The notes under the pieces were generated by a model. The model made no database searches. It worked only from the letters and a program-made list of their open reading frames with translations, and was not told the origin of the DNA. DNA of 64,000 bases from Podarcis tiliguerta (lineage: Eukaryota): assembly GCA_965153285.1 (NCBI GenBank), contig OZ229115.1. One strand, written 5' to 3'. A program made the translations under genes and the position numbers. Position 1 is the first letter of the stretch, and each line of letters begins with the position of its first letter. Of the stretch, positions 13,868-26,058 are shown piece after piece.

Positions 13868-14077
13868 AGTGTAAGTGTGGTGGTTAGTGTGTTGGGCTTG
13901 ACTGGGGAGCCCCGTGTTCAAATCCCCACTCAGGCATAAGGTTCCTTGAGCCAGTCTCTCTCAGCCTAGCCTACTTGATGGATGTTATAAAGAAAAAAAA
14001 TGGGGAAGGGGACAACTGTATGTGTACCACTTTGAGTCCTTCTAGGAGGCAAAATAGAATAGAAATGCAATAAAAAA
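13868..14077 (+). mobile_element. Old tRNA-derived SINE (MIR/Squam2-like)
   Basis: A-box-like GTGGTTAGTG, B-box GTTCAAATCCCC, CTCTCAGCCTAGCCTAC core, A-rich tail. Confidence 0.5.
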
Positions 14078-14249
14078 TAGTAATTTTTAAAAACCTAACC
14101 AGAGAAAAACACTTGAAGGTCACAGAGCTGGACCATTGTGGGATGATGTCAAGGAAGGGGACATGACCAGCTGAAAGTCCCAAGAGCCAAATTGAGGGTC
14201 CTCAAGGGCCACAGTCAGTCCCTGGGCCTGAGGTTCTGCAATCTTTTCT

Positions 14250-14655
14250 AGATGATATCTGTCTCAAGAGACAATGGAGTGCACCTCTGGGGGTGAAGTC
14301 AAACCATTGCATTAGCAGCTCTGAAGGCACTTCTCCGGCTTGCAAGCCTGGGCTGCTTGTATGGAGGTCCTTTGCTGCCCAGATGATAAGACCTCCTCTT
14401 GCCCTCACTCACTGATGTGGTCCAAAGGAAAGCAGATCAATACATTTGGCACCAGCTTGGCTGCTAGAGTCGCCAGAAGGAGGCATACAAGGTGTCATCC
14501 AACCGCCTCAGGGACTCTACTCTGGATTTGTGTAGGGTTTATTATTTAGCCTTTTCTTTTCTCAGAGATATCCCATAAGGCAGCAGGGGCCTAGGATCAG
14601 AGTTTTCCTTCTCCTAGATGGGCTACATTTCCAGGTTGATGAACCCCATCTTCCC
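14250..14655 (-). mobile_element. Probable RTE-clade LINE 5'-region fragment
   Basis: GGTCCAAAGGAAAGCAG...TTTGGCACCAGCTTGGCTGC and TTCTCCTAGATGGGCTAC resemble recalled reptile RTE 5' sequence. Not verified. Confidence 0.4.
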
Positions 14656-15310
14656 CCAGTAGTAGCCAAGCAATTATTATTTCCTTAGAACAAGGTAATG
14701 GTATATGTTATACTACTTCTCAATGTAGGGATGGGTTTTTATTATATATCCCTTTTAGTTTTTTCGGGGGGGCAGGGGGAGTAAGAACGTTGTATTGAGA
14801 AGATGATTTACATACCTATCCTAAAAGCAATAAATTTAGAATAAGGACTGGACTGTGGAACAATCTGGAGTTAAGATGAACACAGAGGAATGAACCAAAT
14901 ACAGTATGTGAGTTGTGTTGATGAGTTGTTTTGCTTGAGTAGGAATGAAGGGTAATGGTGGGAGAATGCATAGTGTGAAATTTTATTTTATCTAAAACAT
15001 CTGTCCATAGAAAGAATGGATCTTGCAAAGAATGTGGATTCCATCCTTTCCTTAGTAGGAGGCAAATCAAGATGTACATGATAGGAGACTTTTAAAATAT
15101 TGTAAACACCCTTTGCCTGCAGGGGAGCATGCCCTATCAACTCAAATGAATCTATAAATAATAACTAATTTCACGAGTGATTTAGGTGAATTTATGTGTG
15201 CATAAAACAAGGTATGATGATAGATAAAAACTGCAATAAAACAACTTACAGACATACTTTGAGTGAAAATGTACAAAGTAACATGATTCAGATACACCAG
15301 GAAACCATGT

Positions 15311-15311
15311 T

Positions 15312-15361
<50 letters not shown>

Positions 15362-15363
15362 AC
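15311..15363. repeat. Compound (TC)n(AC)n microsatellite
   Basis: Seen directly. Confidence 0.95.
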
Positions 15364-15824
15364 TATATATCCAGGTAATGTACAGCCGTATAAAAATTAA
15401 TAGCAATACAAAACAATTATTAAAGTGACCATTACATAGGCTATCAGCATTCTGTCTGTGTGAATGGAGCCTGTCCAAATGCTGGATTTGCGCACTCCCA
15501 CCCCAATCTCTTTCATGTGATGGGGAAGGAGATGGGAAGCTTCTGCTTCTAATTTTAGACTAACTGTATCTGAACCCAAGGAAATGGGGTTAGTTTAAGT
15601 TAAGGTTACTGAGAATAAGCCAGAATTAAACTGTGGTTTCAGATCCTAGTTTGTTGCCACTAGTCATAATCTGATCAATCCACAGTTCACCAAGTTCAAA
15701 CATCACAGGGAACTGTGGTTATTTTAAAACCAGAAGCTTATGATCTCCTCTAGCACATGAAAGGAGAAGTAAAGTGATAGTCCCATCAAGTCTGAATTGG
15801 GCTGCTTTCATTTTCTTTTCTCAG

Positions 15825-15906
15825 GGCATTACTGTTGCTCCTGTGGGAGACAGCTTGATGGAATGGGTAGCTGAAATTGAAGGCCTGAAGGATACCTTAT
15901 GGGAAG
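15825..15906 (+). CDS. UBE2U: UBE2U coding exon 2 (GITVAPVGDSLMEWVAEIEGLKDTLWE-G)
   Basis: ttttctcag|GGC ... GAAG|gtagcc. 82 nt. UBC-fold W-x-x-x-I-x-G motif. Confidence 0.92.
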
Positions 15907-17478
15907 GTAGCCATACTGTTTCCTATAAATGTTGTGTTGCACTGTGATATTGCACTGCCAAAACAATTACGAATGCAATGTTTTTAATGTGCCGTTACTA
16001 CTGCTTGCCAAATATATAACCCTTTACATATAAATGCTTTGCAGTCTCTATTGTGTTCTCTCTTCAATTACCTTGCAATATATTGAGGGATTATATTATA
16101 TTGCCCAGTCAGTCTGGAAGTGGAACTTGAATCAATGTCTTCCAGATCTCAGTCCAATACCTTAACAGAAGCATTTCAAGAATAATTTTACTCCTTTCAC
16201 TCTTTACAATCCAATAAAATATCTATTCCTGTTGTAAACATTTGTCTGGTTTTAACACCAATGAACAATTCACACTGGGTTGTGAATACAGTGTATTCTC
16301 AACACAGATTTGAAGCATATATGAGTGTCATTAAGTGTGTGGACAGTCCTTAACTACATGAACAGTGCCAGTGGATTCACTACAGTTAGGTAACATAGGA
16401 ATATAGGAAGCTGCCTTAGATTCAGTTGGACCATTGGTCCCATGTAGCTCAGTATTATCTGCATTGACTGCTAGTAGCTCTCCAGGTTTCAGACAAGGGA
16501 CACTCCCAGCACTACCCAGAGTCTTTCCCATTACGTGGAATGAAGCCCACACGCTCGGTGCAAGTATATATGTGAAAATAACTGCTCCTGTGCTTTCATA
16601 TATTGCATCGTGAGTTCAGTCTTAATTTTTCTAAAACTTTGAAATAATAGGTCACCTCCCTGAAATGTTTTGTGATGTAGAAAAAGATTGAAAGAAGAAG
16701 AAAAAAGATTTCAGTGACCTTTTGAAATGACTACACATGTATTGATAGCATTGCAAATTTTCAAAAGCAGATGTTTTGCAACTATGAAATATCACAGCAT
16801 AGGCATTAATATGTCTATATCTTTATGTAACAAGTGGAATAGCATATAAACTTTAAACACAATGAATTCGAGCTCATTGCTCTATTATTTGCTAATTCAG
16901 AGGTGGCTATCCATACAGCTACCATCCCCAACCTGATGCGGTCTAGTTGTTTGGGTCTGCAGCTGCTATAGTCTTTCACCATTGGCCATGCTGGTTGTGG
17001 CAGAAGAGAGTAGTACATCTGATAGGCACCAGGTTAGAGAAGGCTATCTTAGAGGTATAAATGTGACACTGTATGCATCTCTCTAAATCCCCTGATGCAC
17101 CTTAGGCTCCTTCTGCCCGTTCTCTTTCTGTTCCTGTCATCTGCTTTCCTCTCACACATTTGAAGTCCTCTTCACCACAGCAGGAGAGGGAAGGAGTGGG
17201 CAACAAGACCAGGAAGAGAGTGGGTGGGAGGAGCTGCAGCTGCCTTATCTCCCATTGCTGCATTAGATTAAAAGGTTTGCATCCGGTGTCTGCATTGCAA
17301 AGTAGCAGCCCTAGCTATAAATATTTCTAAAAGTATGTCAATATAAAGCCACAGTCTGTGCAAGCTTACATGCAAGTTAGGCATATTGATGACAGCAGGA
17401 CTTATTTCCAAGTAAATGCATGCAATTTGGGGCTACACGTGCACTTAGATGTTCTGATTTATTTCTTTTTTGTACTAG

Positions 17479-17571
17479 GAGCTGAACTCCAACTATCATT
17501 AAGGTACACTGAAGAGTACAACAGAGTCCCTCCAAGCATCACTTTCAACACTATTCCGTTCCATCCCAATG
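17479..17571 (+). CDS. UBE2U: UBE2U coding exon 3 (AELQLSLRYTEEYNRVPPSITFNTIPFHPN)
   Basis: tttgtactag|GA ... AATG|gtaagg. 93 nt. Contains the E2 HPN motif. Confidence 0.94.
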
Positions 17572-18125
17572 GTAAGGATGGCACTGATGGCGGTGTCCTT
17601 CCCATGGTGGTTGCTTAGCAGCAGAGGCTAGGTGTCCTTGACCCAGTCATACTCCTAGATTTCAGAGCGGTTCTACTTCAAAGTGCTTTTTAGCAGCTAC
17701 ACATAATTCAAATGCTAAAGCCTTTCCTTAAGGATAGGAACCTATTGACTTGCGACATTTCTCTCAGGTCCTTAGAGCTGCATTTTAGCTTCAAAACAAC
17801 GCTATAAAGTGGGCTTGCCAAAACCAACCAAAGCTAGCTGTAGTCATTACACTAGTTACAGCTTTCTAATAATTATCGACTTGATAGTTAAGCTTCTAGT
17901 GTAGAAAAGTGTTGTGAATTTGTACACTAACCAGATGAGGCAGAAACATTGTTGGTTTGTGGACAGTCTGATCCAGATAGAGGTGTACAGGTTGATTCAG
18001 ATGCAGTTACAGCCCTGCTGAAGACTCAGTTTCACAGCTTGGGAGTCGCCATTGATCCTGCACAGTTCTTAGAGTCCAAACTGGCAGTGATGACTAGGAT
18101 TGTCCTTTATGAGCTTCAGCTGGTA

Positions 18126-18483
18126 CAGTGGTGCCCCGCAAGACGAATGCCTCGCAAGACGGAAAACCCGCAAGACGAAAGGGTTTTCCGTTTTCAGAGG
18201 TGCTTCGCAAGACGAATTTCCCTATGGGCTTGCTTCGCAAGACGAAAATGTCTTGCGATTCTTGAGGTTTTTTTCCGCTCCCCAACCCCTTTTTCTAAAG
18301 CGCTAAGCTGCTAATAGCCTTTTAGCAGCTAATCCGCTAATCCCTTAAGCCTTTAATAGCCGTTAATAGCCCTTAAACTGCTAATAGCGCTAATCCACTA
18401 ATGGGCTTGCTTCGCAAGACGAAAAAACCGCAAGACGAAAAGACTCGCGGAACGGATTCTTTTTGTCTTGCGAGGCACCACTG
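18126..18483. mobile_element. Tc1/mariner-type MITE inserted into a decayed L2 fragment
   Basis: TIRs CAGTGGTGCC(C/T)CGCAAGAC, TA TSD, many internal CGCAAGACG repeats. Flanks (about 18000-18125 and 18486-18940) resemble the L2 at 25180. Confidence 0.85.
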
Positions 18484-19324
18484 TACTACAATTCTGCCCT
18501 TTCCTCCAAATCAGACCTGGCCACTATAATTCATGTACTTATAGACTTGACTGCTGCTTCTGTAGTGCACTCTAAATTGTGCTGCTCTTTAAAGACATCT
18601 AGAAATTTCAATTAGTACAAAAAGACACTGCTAGGTCTGTGGTTGTTGCCTGTTTGTTGTCAAGTTCAACTGGAGGTAATGGGTCACATTTTTAAAGCAC
18701 TAAATGGCTTTGGGACCTTGATGCATTAAGTATAGCTTTCTTCCATATGGACTCTTTCATGTACTTTTCAAGTATCTGAGGTCCTGCTCCATTCCAATCC
18801 CAACAAGCTGAAGTTTGCTTACTATGTAGGAGAAGATCCTTTTTTAGCAGTAGAGCAGATTCCATAGAACTGGATCCCCAGGCCAGTATTACTGCCTCCC
18901 TTTAGACCCACAGGTCAGCATATGTCTTTTTAAGGAGGCCATAGGTGCAGTAACTCTGTTGTCTTTCTGCTTTCTGTATAGATTACTTCTGCTGATACAT
19001 TTGCAATCCCTTTCAATTTTTATTTTATTTTATCTCTGGTGTTGTGTACTTTTTTGCCTTTATTATGTTGTTTGTTCATTGCTATGACAGTTTTGTTAGT
19101 CGCTGTGAATTATTTGATAGAAAGCTAGATACAAATTTTAAATGAAAAATAACTCAGTTAGATCTTTAGATATCTGCATACCTTTCTTTTGTTGTCTAGC
19201 TGTAGGGAATAAAACTTATCATAGCCTGTCTAGCATAATTCTGATACAAAGTTTCAACTGTCTTATTGGCATATAAGCGTATGAACCTCCATTCTGAGCA
19301 TTAATGATTTGTCTTCCATGCAAG

Positions 19325-19422
19325 TGGACCCAAAGACTGGAAGACCTTGTCTGGATTTTCTAGATGATCCTACCAAGTGGGACAGCAAACTTACAATGAC
19401 TAGTATCCTACTTTGTATCCAG
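19325..19422 (+). CDS. UBE2U: UBE2U coding exon 4 with catalytic Cys (VDPKTGRPCLDFLDDPTKWDSKLTMTSILLCIQ)
   Basis: catgcaag|TG ... CAG|gtaaag. 98 nt. TGT at 19348-19350 is Cys89 of the joined protein, the same number as the recalled human active-site Cys. Confidence 0.93.
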
Positions 19423-21038
19423 GTAAAGAAAGAACCGTGCAAAAAATAATTTATCTTACTTTTCTTTTGTTATCAGGATAATTGGGGTCTGATGCCAGGA
19501 TCCAAATAGCTTACTTAGGTTCATGTAATAGGTTTCCATGAGTCCAGTGAAGTCCCTGCCACCGTTCACTATTTGAAAATGTGTTCACTCTCCCTCCCAT
19601 AGCACAAACTGTTTATGAAGCTTCCCTCGGTTTTACAAGTTTCAGAATCAGTTTGCTGGTTAGTAGGAGAGAGGACCCATAAGGGGAAAAGTATAGCACA
19701 CATGCACCAGCTTCAAAGAATTGTTTTCTCAGTTTTTTGGATTCTAGTCACAGTATTGATTTCAAACCTAAATTGTATTTGTACGAAGCAGGAACTGTTA
19801 TTCATATATTTGTTTCATTGAACGCCATAGCAGTTTGCTATTGATTTTCATAGTCAAAACATGGAACCCAAAAAGAAAGGAAATCTGTTTCAATCGAGAA
19901 GTAGTTGTTGCTTTGAATGTAATATATCAGCAGTTTTGTACAAACTCATTTCTTTGGCCCCATTTTCCAATTAAGGTATGAAATGTGAAACTCAATTTTG
20001 TTCATCTTTTGTTAATTCACCTCATTTTGCTCATGTGCCTCACTTACTCCTTATTAGCCTTGTCTGAAACAGCTTGGACAAAACTGTTGTGAGAAGCAAT
20101 AAAATAAAAGCAGAAAAAGGCCACCTTTTAAAAGCTGTAGCAGTAACTTCTTAATTTGGATAAGAATTTAATCTGTATGTGAATTATGTTTCAGACAGAA
20201 CTTCAGACAGTTCTAATGGTGAACATGAATAGCCCAGCTGCAGCTTTTACCAGTTCTATCTTTCATATGTTCTTTCTGTCACTCTTTCACAAGCAAACCA
20301 GTGTGGGCAAAGTAATCAACATGGCTAACTTTCCATCATGAATTTTTGAGTGTTCTGGGACAAAATGTGCCTACATTTCTTTGGTGCCGCACGAAGACAC
20401 CAAGCTGAATCTTGTTGGGGAACCCTGATAAAAGCTGTGAGTGAATTCCTATCTTCTGTGTGCAGAGTATTAGACTGCACACGCCCCGTACATTTAAAGC
20501 ACACGCACACACACACCAAAAAAAGAATCATGGGAACTGTAGTGCACCCCTCACAAAGCTGCCCTTAACAAACTACAGTTACCAGGAGTCCATCTGGGGC
20601 TGGATGTGCGTTAAAAGTATGGTGTATGTGCAGCCTAACGCTCTACACACGCAAGATAGGAATTCACCCGTAGATTTTTCTCATGGCGGGACTGGCAGCA
20701 ATCACCTCTGTAAGGAAGTTGAGGCTGCAAAGTCGCTTCCCTGTTAACTGGTTTAGCCACAGAGAGATCTGGCTCACTCCACTGCCCCCCCCCATTACTC
20801 CACGTCTGCCACTCAGCCATGGCAGTCAGGAGTGCCATGGTTGAGGCAAACAGAGCAGAACGGTGGGAGGTGGAGGCTGACCATACTGTTTTCCTTGTAC
20901 ATACACACACACAGCAGGATTTGCCAAAGAAGCAAATGTTTGTATCCTTCTTTACAGTCATGAAATGCTTTTACTTTCTCTGAATTCTGGTGATTCATAA
21001 AGCTTTATAAACTGGTACACCCATGTATCTTCCTGTAG

Positions 21039-21165
21039 GTTTTGCTGTCTATTCCAGTTTTGAAAAATCCAGTGAACTTGGAGGCAGCTCATTTGCTGAG
21101 GAACAATTATCCCCTGTATAGGAAAAAAGTTATACAGTGTGTCAAAACTAGCCAGCACCTAGAAG
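21039..21165 (+). CDS. UBE2U: UBE2U coding exon 5 (VLLSIPVLKNPVNLEAAHLLRNNYPLYRKKVIQCVKTSQHLE)
   Basis: tcctgtag|GTT ... GAAG|gtaata. 127 nt. NPVNLEAA is shared with human UBE2U. Confidence 0.93.
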
Positions 21166-21708
21166 GTAATAAACCTCCATGCTTTATGCTTTTAGTCATA
21201 AATATATTCTTTGAGCACCATGGGGAGTTTTAGAAGAACCCGTTTAAATGGCTTTCTTAAAAAACCACTATTTTACACAAGGCAGTAAATTTTAATTAGT
21301 GTGATTGGCAATGTAACTTGAGTATGGGTTCTCTAGGCAGATCTATGATCTCACAAAGCATATTTGCCAGGCAGTGTTCAGAGGTGATGCAGAGGTCATG
21401 AGCTGGGAAATGAAGCAAGGGCAACACTGGAACAGGAGAAAGTTAGAGTTGTTAGCCAGTGATTTCTTTAGATGCCACATTTACCCTACAGCATGACCCA
21501 CAATGAAAAGTAACCACATAGCAATGCCACTATTTTGCTACTACTTTACATTAAGGTTTGAGCCCAAGTAAATATTGACATTGGAACTGAGATGTATCCT
21601 GCACCTTCCATGTATTCTGATCTCACCTGAGCAGATCAAATATGTAATATAATTCAGACATGTTAAAATATGTGTAACTATAGGCCACATTCACTGGACC
21701 TCCAAGAG

Positions 21709-21995
21709 CAGCCTTTGTCAACCGTGGGTCCCCAGATTTTGTTGGACTACAACCAGGACTTTATTTCAGTGGGAACTCACTGGAACTCAGTTCTGGCACC
21801 TCTCTTGTGGGTTCCAGCACCTCCAGTCATTCTAAGAGAATGAGGGAGGCCTTCATGGTGAGTTCTGGCACCTCTTTTTCTAGAAAAATAGCACTGACTA
21901 CAACTCGCGTCATTTCATTCCAGCATGGCCAGTGGTCAAGGATGATGGGAATTGCAGTTAAAGAACATAGGGGGACCCAAGATTGAAAAAGGCTG
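21709..21995. mobile_element. Palindromic hAT MITE interrupted by a second hAT MITE (21754-21896)
   Basis: Inner element has perfect TSD ACTACAAC (21746-21753 and 21897-21904). Outer ends CAGCCTTT / AAAGGCTG. Confidence 0.8.
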
Positions 21996-22602
21996 AGCAC
22001 AAGGGTGGTTTGGTCTTCATATGGCAAGACCCTATATGAGCATTCTTTCCTTGAGGTTGTGTTTGACTGGAGGATGCGGTTCTCAGCTGGGGTAGTTGTA
22101 GCATTATTACTATACAACAGGCCTCCTGGGTCAAGACATCATTTTTATTCTGCACCTGTGATGTGAATGGGTTTGTTCAGACAAGTTAGAATCCGTTCAG
22201 GTCTTCATTGACCCCATACAATTTCCTATGGGTTGGCACTAAGTATGGGGCAGCCTCAAAAGCCAGACAGGATCAAGTGAGGCACTTGTTGCACATGGTA
22301 TGTAGACAATTTGCCACTGCACTTTGAATGGTCATGGCAGTACTTCTTCAAGCTGCGGTGATTGTGCAAACTGCAGCAGTTGCATGTCCACCTCACACTT
22401 GCAAACACCAATTCACAGAACCATTGCATCCATTGTAGTTTTGGCCAGGTTTTGAGACTACTGACATTCCTGTGCACTGGGTTCAACTGCATCTGAACTA
22501 TGTATTAGTGTGCCCTTTGAGGGGGGGCATGATAGGATTGTAAGTGCCCAGAACATTAAGGATAAGCAAATCACATATTTTTAAAAGTTGCTCTCTTTAT
22601 AG

Positions 22603-22672
22603 CTATCAGTTTGGAAAGATCTCTCAGCACATTCAGGCGTCCCCAGGAAGATGAAGAATATGGCCAAGGAAG
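22603..22672 (+). CDS. UBE2U: UBE2U probable coding exon 6 (AISLERSLSTFRRPQEDEEYGQGR)
   Basis: ctctctttatag|CT ... AAG|gtaata. 70 nt. Phase 1 to 2 bridges exons 5 and 7 exactly. Sequence is poorly conserved, so the call rests on splice sites and phase. Confidence 0.7.
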
Positions 22673-23206
22673 GTAATAAATTATGATTAAGAGGCTGTAA
22701 ATGGGCCACAAAAAGCTTCCAATTTTATAACCATCCAAATTAGGGTAACTGTATAAATTAACTCATTTTGTATATTTCTGGTTGATCAGTTGGTTGGTTA
22801 ATTGGTTAATTAGAAAACTAGCAAGCCACCCTTCAGAAAAATATATATCAGGATAACAATAAAATGATAGAAACAATAAAGATATAAAACCTCTATAAGT
22901 TGAAACAGTGGAAGAAGCATTAGAACAAAACCATAAATATTTAGCAGGACGGATAAAACCATAATAATAATAACTGTTTATTATGGCTGAGTTTGTGTGT
23001 AACAGCTAAACCGTGATTTAGTGTTACATGCATGAGCCTCCGCAAGCCCAAGTGAAGCCATAGGCTGAAATGTTCCCCACTCCCTTCCTCCCATGTGACT
23101 GGGAGAAGGATTGAACTGTGATTCAGTATCACATTCCACAATTCATTGCTTGTCACTACATATTGTTTAGAGCTTTAAACACTAGCGTGAGCATCTTAAA
23201 TTAAGC

Positions 23207-23540
23207 TTAGAAATGAACCGGCAGCCAATGCAGCTGTTTTAGAGGAAGGTTTATACGAATTCTAAAGGCAACCCTATCCAGTAATCTGGTCACTGCACTT
23301 TGAACCAGTTGACGTTTCTGATTTGTCTTCAAGGGCAGCCCCACATAGAATGCATAGCAGTAATCTGGTCTGAAAGTTACCAGAGCGTGGAATACTGTGT
23401 CCAAATCATCTCTGTCCTGAGGCGCCGTTGCCAATAACCAAATGTAGCTAGAAACAGCCAAGCCACTGAGGCCAGCTGGGCCTCAGCTGACAATATTGGT
23501 TCCAGGAGTACCCTCAAGCTACAAACATGCCCCTTCCTGA
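23207..23540 (-). mobile_element. Decayed L2 RT fragment
   Basis: Minus ORF HALVTFRPDYCYAFYVGLPLK...LHWLPV is homologous to the ORF at 25186. Confidence 0.8.
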
Positions 23541-24787
23541 ACTCCATCCATTCCCACCAGAATTTCTGTGGTAGAAAAATATTGGGACAGTTTTATGGGG
23601 CAGGAGAGCAAAAATCTTTAGAGTTGAGGGTACTAGGAAAGTAAAGAGGTGTCAGCCTTGTTATTAGTGGCTGAAGAAGGTTCAGAGTTGAACAGTTTCT
23701 CACAACTTTAAATAAAGAGGGAAGTATAAAGTCTTTGAAGAGCAGCTGCTAACATCTTACAGGACAGCAGAAGCAAAAGCGGAGGAAAGAGCAGGGCAGG
23801 AACATCAAATATACCAAGAATAATGGTGTTCTTTGTGCTCAAGATTCTTGTCATTTTATAAGATACTACGTTGCTGGTCTCCTTCCTCTTGAATTCTTTG
23901 AAGCCTGCTGAAATATCTGTGGTAGTAACACGCCCAGAGGGTTTTTTGGAGCTCCTATACATGGCTCCCTCTGTTTGGCTTATTTATAAAATTATGCTGC
24001 TGCTTTTATTTTTAATTATTCAATTTGGTGATAGGCCTATTTTATTGAAGTATGTCCAACAGTGAATAAGACACAGAACGCCCTAGGCACTAAGCTATAC
24101 AAAGGCTGCATACAACTCTGCCTGCTTTCTCATAGTGTCCCCCTGCCAGAGAGAGAGACCATCATTTTTTTCTTCATTTACACCGGACAGAAAGTCAGGA
24201 AAGAGCCTGCTGCCTAGCTCTCACCTTTGCATCCATGTAGTTTTGGCCACGTTTTGAGATATAGATATTGCCATCCTGCAAAATTTTAAAAATGCTACCA
24301 ATTATTTTTTTTATAAAAAAAGTCTGGATTGCTAGCAGCCTGATTCACATGGAGGTTTGTGAGTTGTGTACAGAGGGAAAAAATTGAGGAAAAAATGGTT
24401 GGTTCATATGTGAACTTACTTTGCTAAACACATCCCTAATATGAATTTTTAGGGCTTATTTCTCTTGATGTTGTCCTAAGCAAGTTATAAGGTCATTTTT
24501 CTTAGTTTTGGGGCAGGAGATTCAAACAAAGGGATTTGGGAAATAACCAATCCAGCTCACTCAAACTGGGTGCAAATATGTAGGCTTGTGTTTTGTTAAA
24601 GTCATACTGTTTGTCTTTGTGTGGAAAGTGAGTAGTAAGAAATGTGGTCCTTTCAAGCCTCCTTTCTTTTTCATTTTCTTGCTGATTCTGTTGCTTTGTA
24701 GAACATTCTGCCAGAAAACCTGTGTCAGATAGCTAATTGCATAATCCTCTCTGAAAACTCATCCGTCTCCCAAATGTATATTTTCAG

Positions 24788-24876
24788 ATATGTTACCTCC
24801 ATATCGTATGAAGAATATTACTGGACATGGTATAAATTGGCCACATCAAAAGCTGCAGAAGAGTTTAAAAGCCCAG
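24788..24876 (+). CDS. UBE2U: UBE2U coding exon 7 (YVTSISYEEYYWTWYKLATSKAAEEFKSP)
   Basis: ttttcag|A ... CAG|gtaagc. 89 nt. Aligns to recalled human SFSDYYQTWSRIATSKA. Confidence 0.9.
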
Positions 24877-25179
24877 GTAAGCTGATGCTTTTGGTTTAGC
24901 AAAAACTAAAGATAGCAAGCCTGATTCTGATCTTGTGCTAGATTTGAGTAAGTGCAAGGGCTCATTCTCATGACCTCCCAGTATGGCAGCTGAAGTTTTA
25001 AGTCAGGCCACACAAACTTTCAGGAGCAATGCCATACACTAAGGAAATTTTTGAATGAAAGCTGGCTCATGACTTTGTGAGATTTTGGCTAGTCTTATTA
25101 AAGGTATTATAACACTGTAGCTTCTGGAGCAGTTGCTTTTTTTTGTAATGGACAAACATAGCTACCTTCTTTTTAAGAT

Positions 25180-26058
25180 GGTTGGATGGCGGCTAACAGA
25201 TTGAGGTTGAATCCTGACAAGACAGAAGTACTGTTCTTGGGGGACAGGAGGCGGGCAGGTGTGGAGGATTCCCTGGTCCTGAATGGGGTAACTGTGCCCC
25301 TGAAGGACCAGGTGCGCAGCCTGGGAGTCATTTTGGACTCGCAGCTGTCCATGGAGGCACAGGTTAAATCTGTGTCCAGGGCAGCTGTTTACCAGCTCCA
25401 TCTGGTACGCAGGCTGAGTCCCTATCTGCCTGCAGACTGTCTTGCCAGAGTGGTGCATGCTCTGGTTATCTCCCGCTTGGACTACTGCAATGCGCTCTAC
25501 GTGGGGCTACCTTTGAAGGTGACCCGGAAACTACAACTAATCCAGAACGCGGCAGCTATACTGGTGACTGGGAGCGGCCGCCAAGACCTCATAATACCGG
25601 TCCTAAACGACCTACATTGGCTCCCAGTACGTTTCCGAGCACAATTCAAAGTATTGGTGCTGACCTTTAAAGCCCTAAACGGCCTCGGTCCAGTATACCT
25701 GAAGGAGCGTCTCCACCCCCATCGTTCTGCCCGGACACTGAGATCCAGCACCGAGGGCCTTCTGGTGGTTCCCTCACTGCGAGAAGCCAAGTTACAGAGA
25801 ACCAGGCACAAGGCCTTCTCGGTAGTGGCGCCCTCCCTGTGGAACGCCCTCCCACCAGATGTCAAAGAGAACAACTACCAGACTTTTAGAAGATATCTGA
25901 AGGCAGCCCTGTTTAGGGAAGCTTTTAATGTTTGATGTATTAGAGGATTTTAATAATTTTTTTGTAAGCCGCCCAGAGTGGCTGGGGAAGCCCAGCCAGA
26001 TGGACGGGGTACAAATAATAAATTCTTCTTCTTCTTCTTCTTCTTCTTATTATTATTT
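25180..26058 (+). mobile_element. 5'-truncated L2-clade LINE (RT C-terminus, 3' UTR, microsatellite tail)
   Basis: ORF 25186-25935 with WMAANRLRLNPDKTE, LGVILD, SRLDYCN and LHWLP motifs. Ends in (CTT)n(ATT)n. Confidence 0.9.

Noticed and set aside
18126-18483. CRISPR-like array of CGCAAGACG repeats
   Set aside because: Eukaryotic DNA. The repeats are short, irregularly spaced subterminal motifs inside a TIR-bounded MITE.
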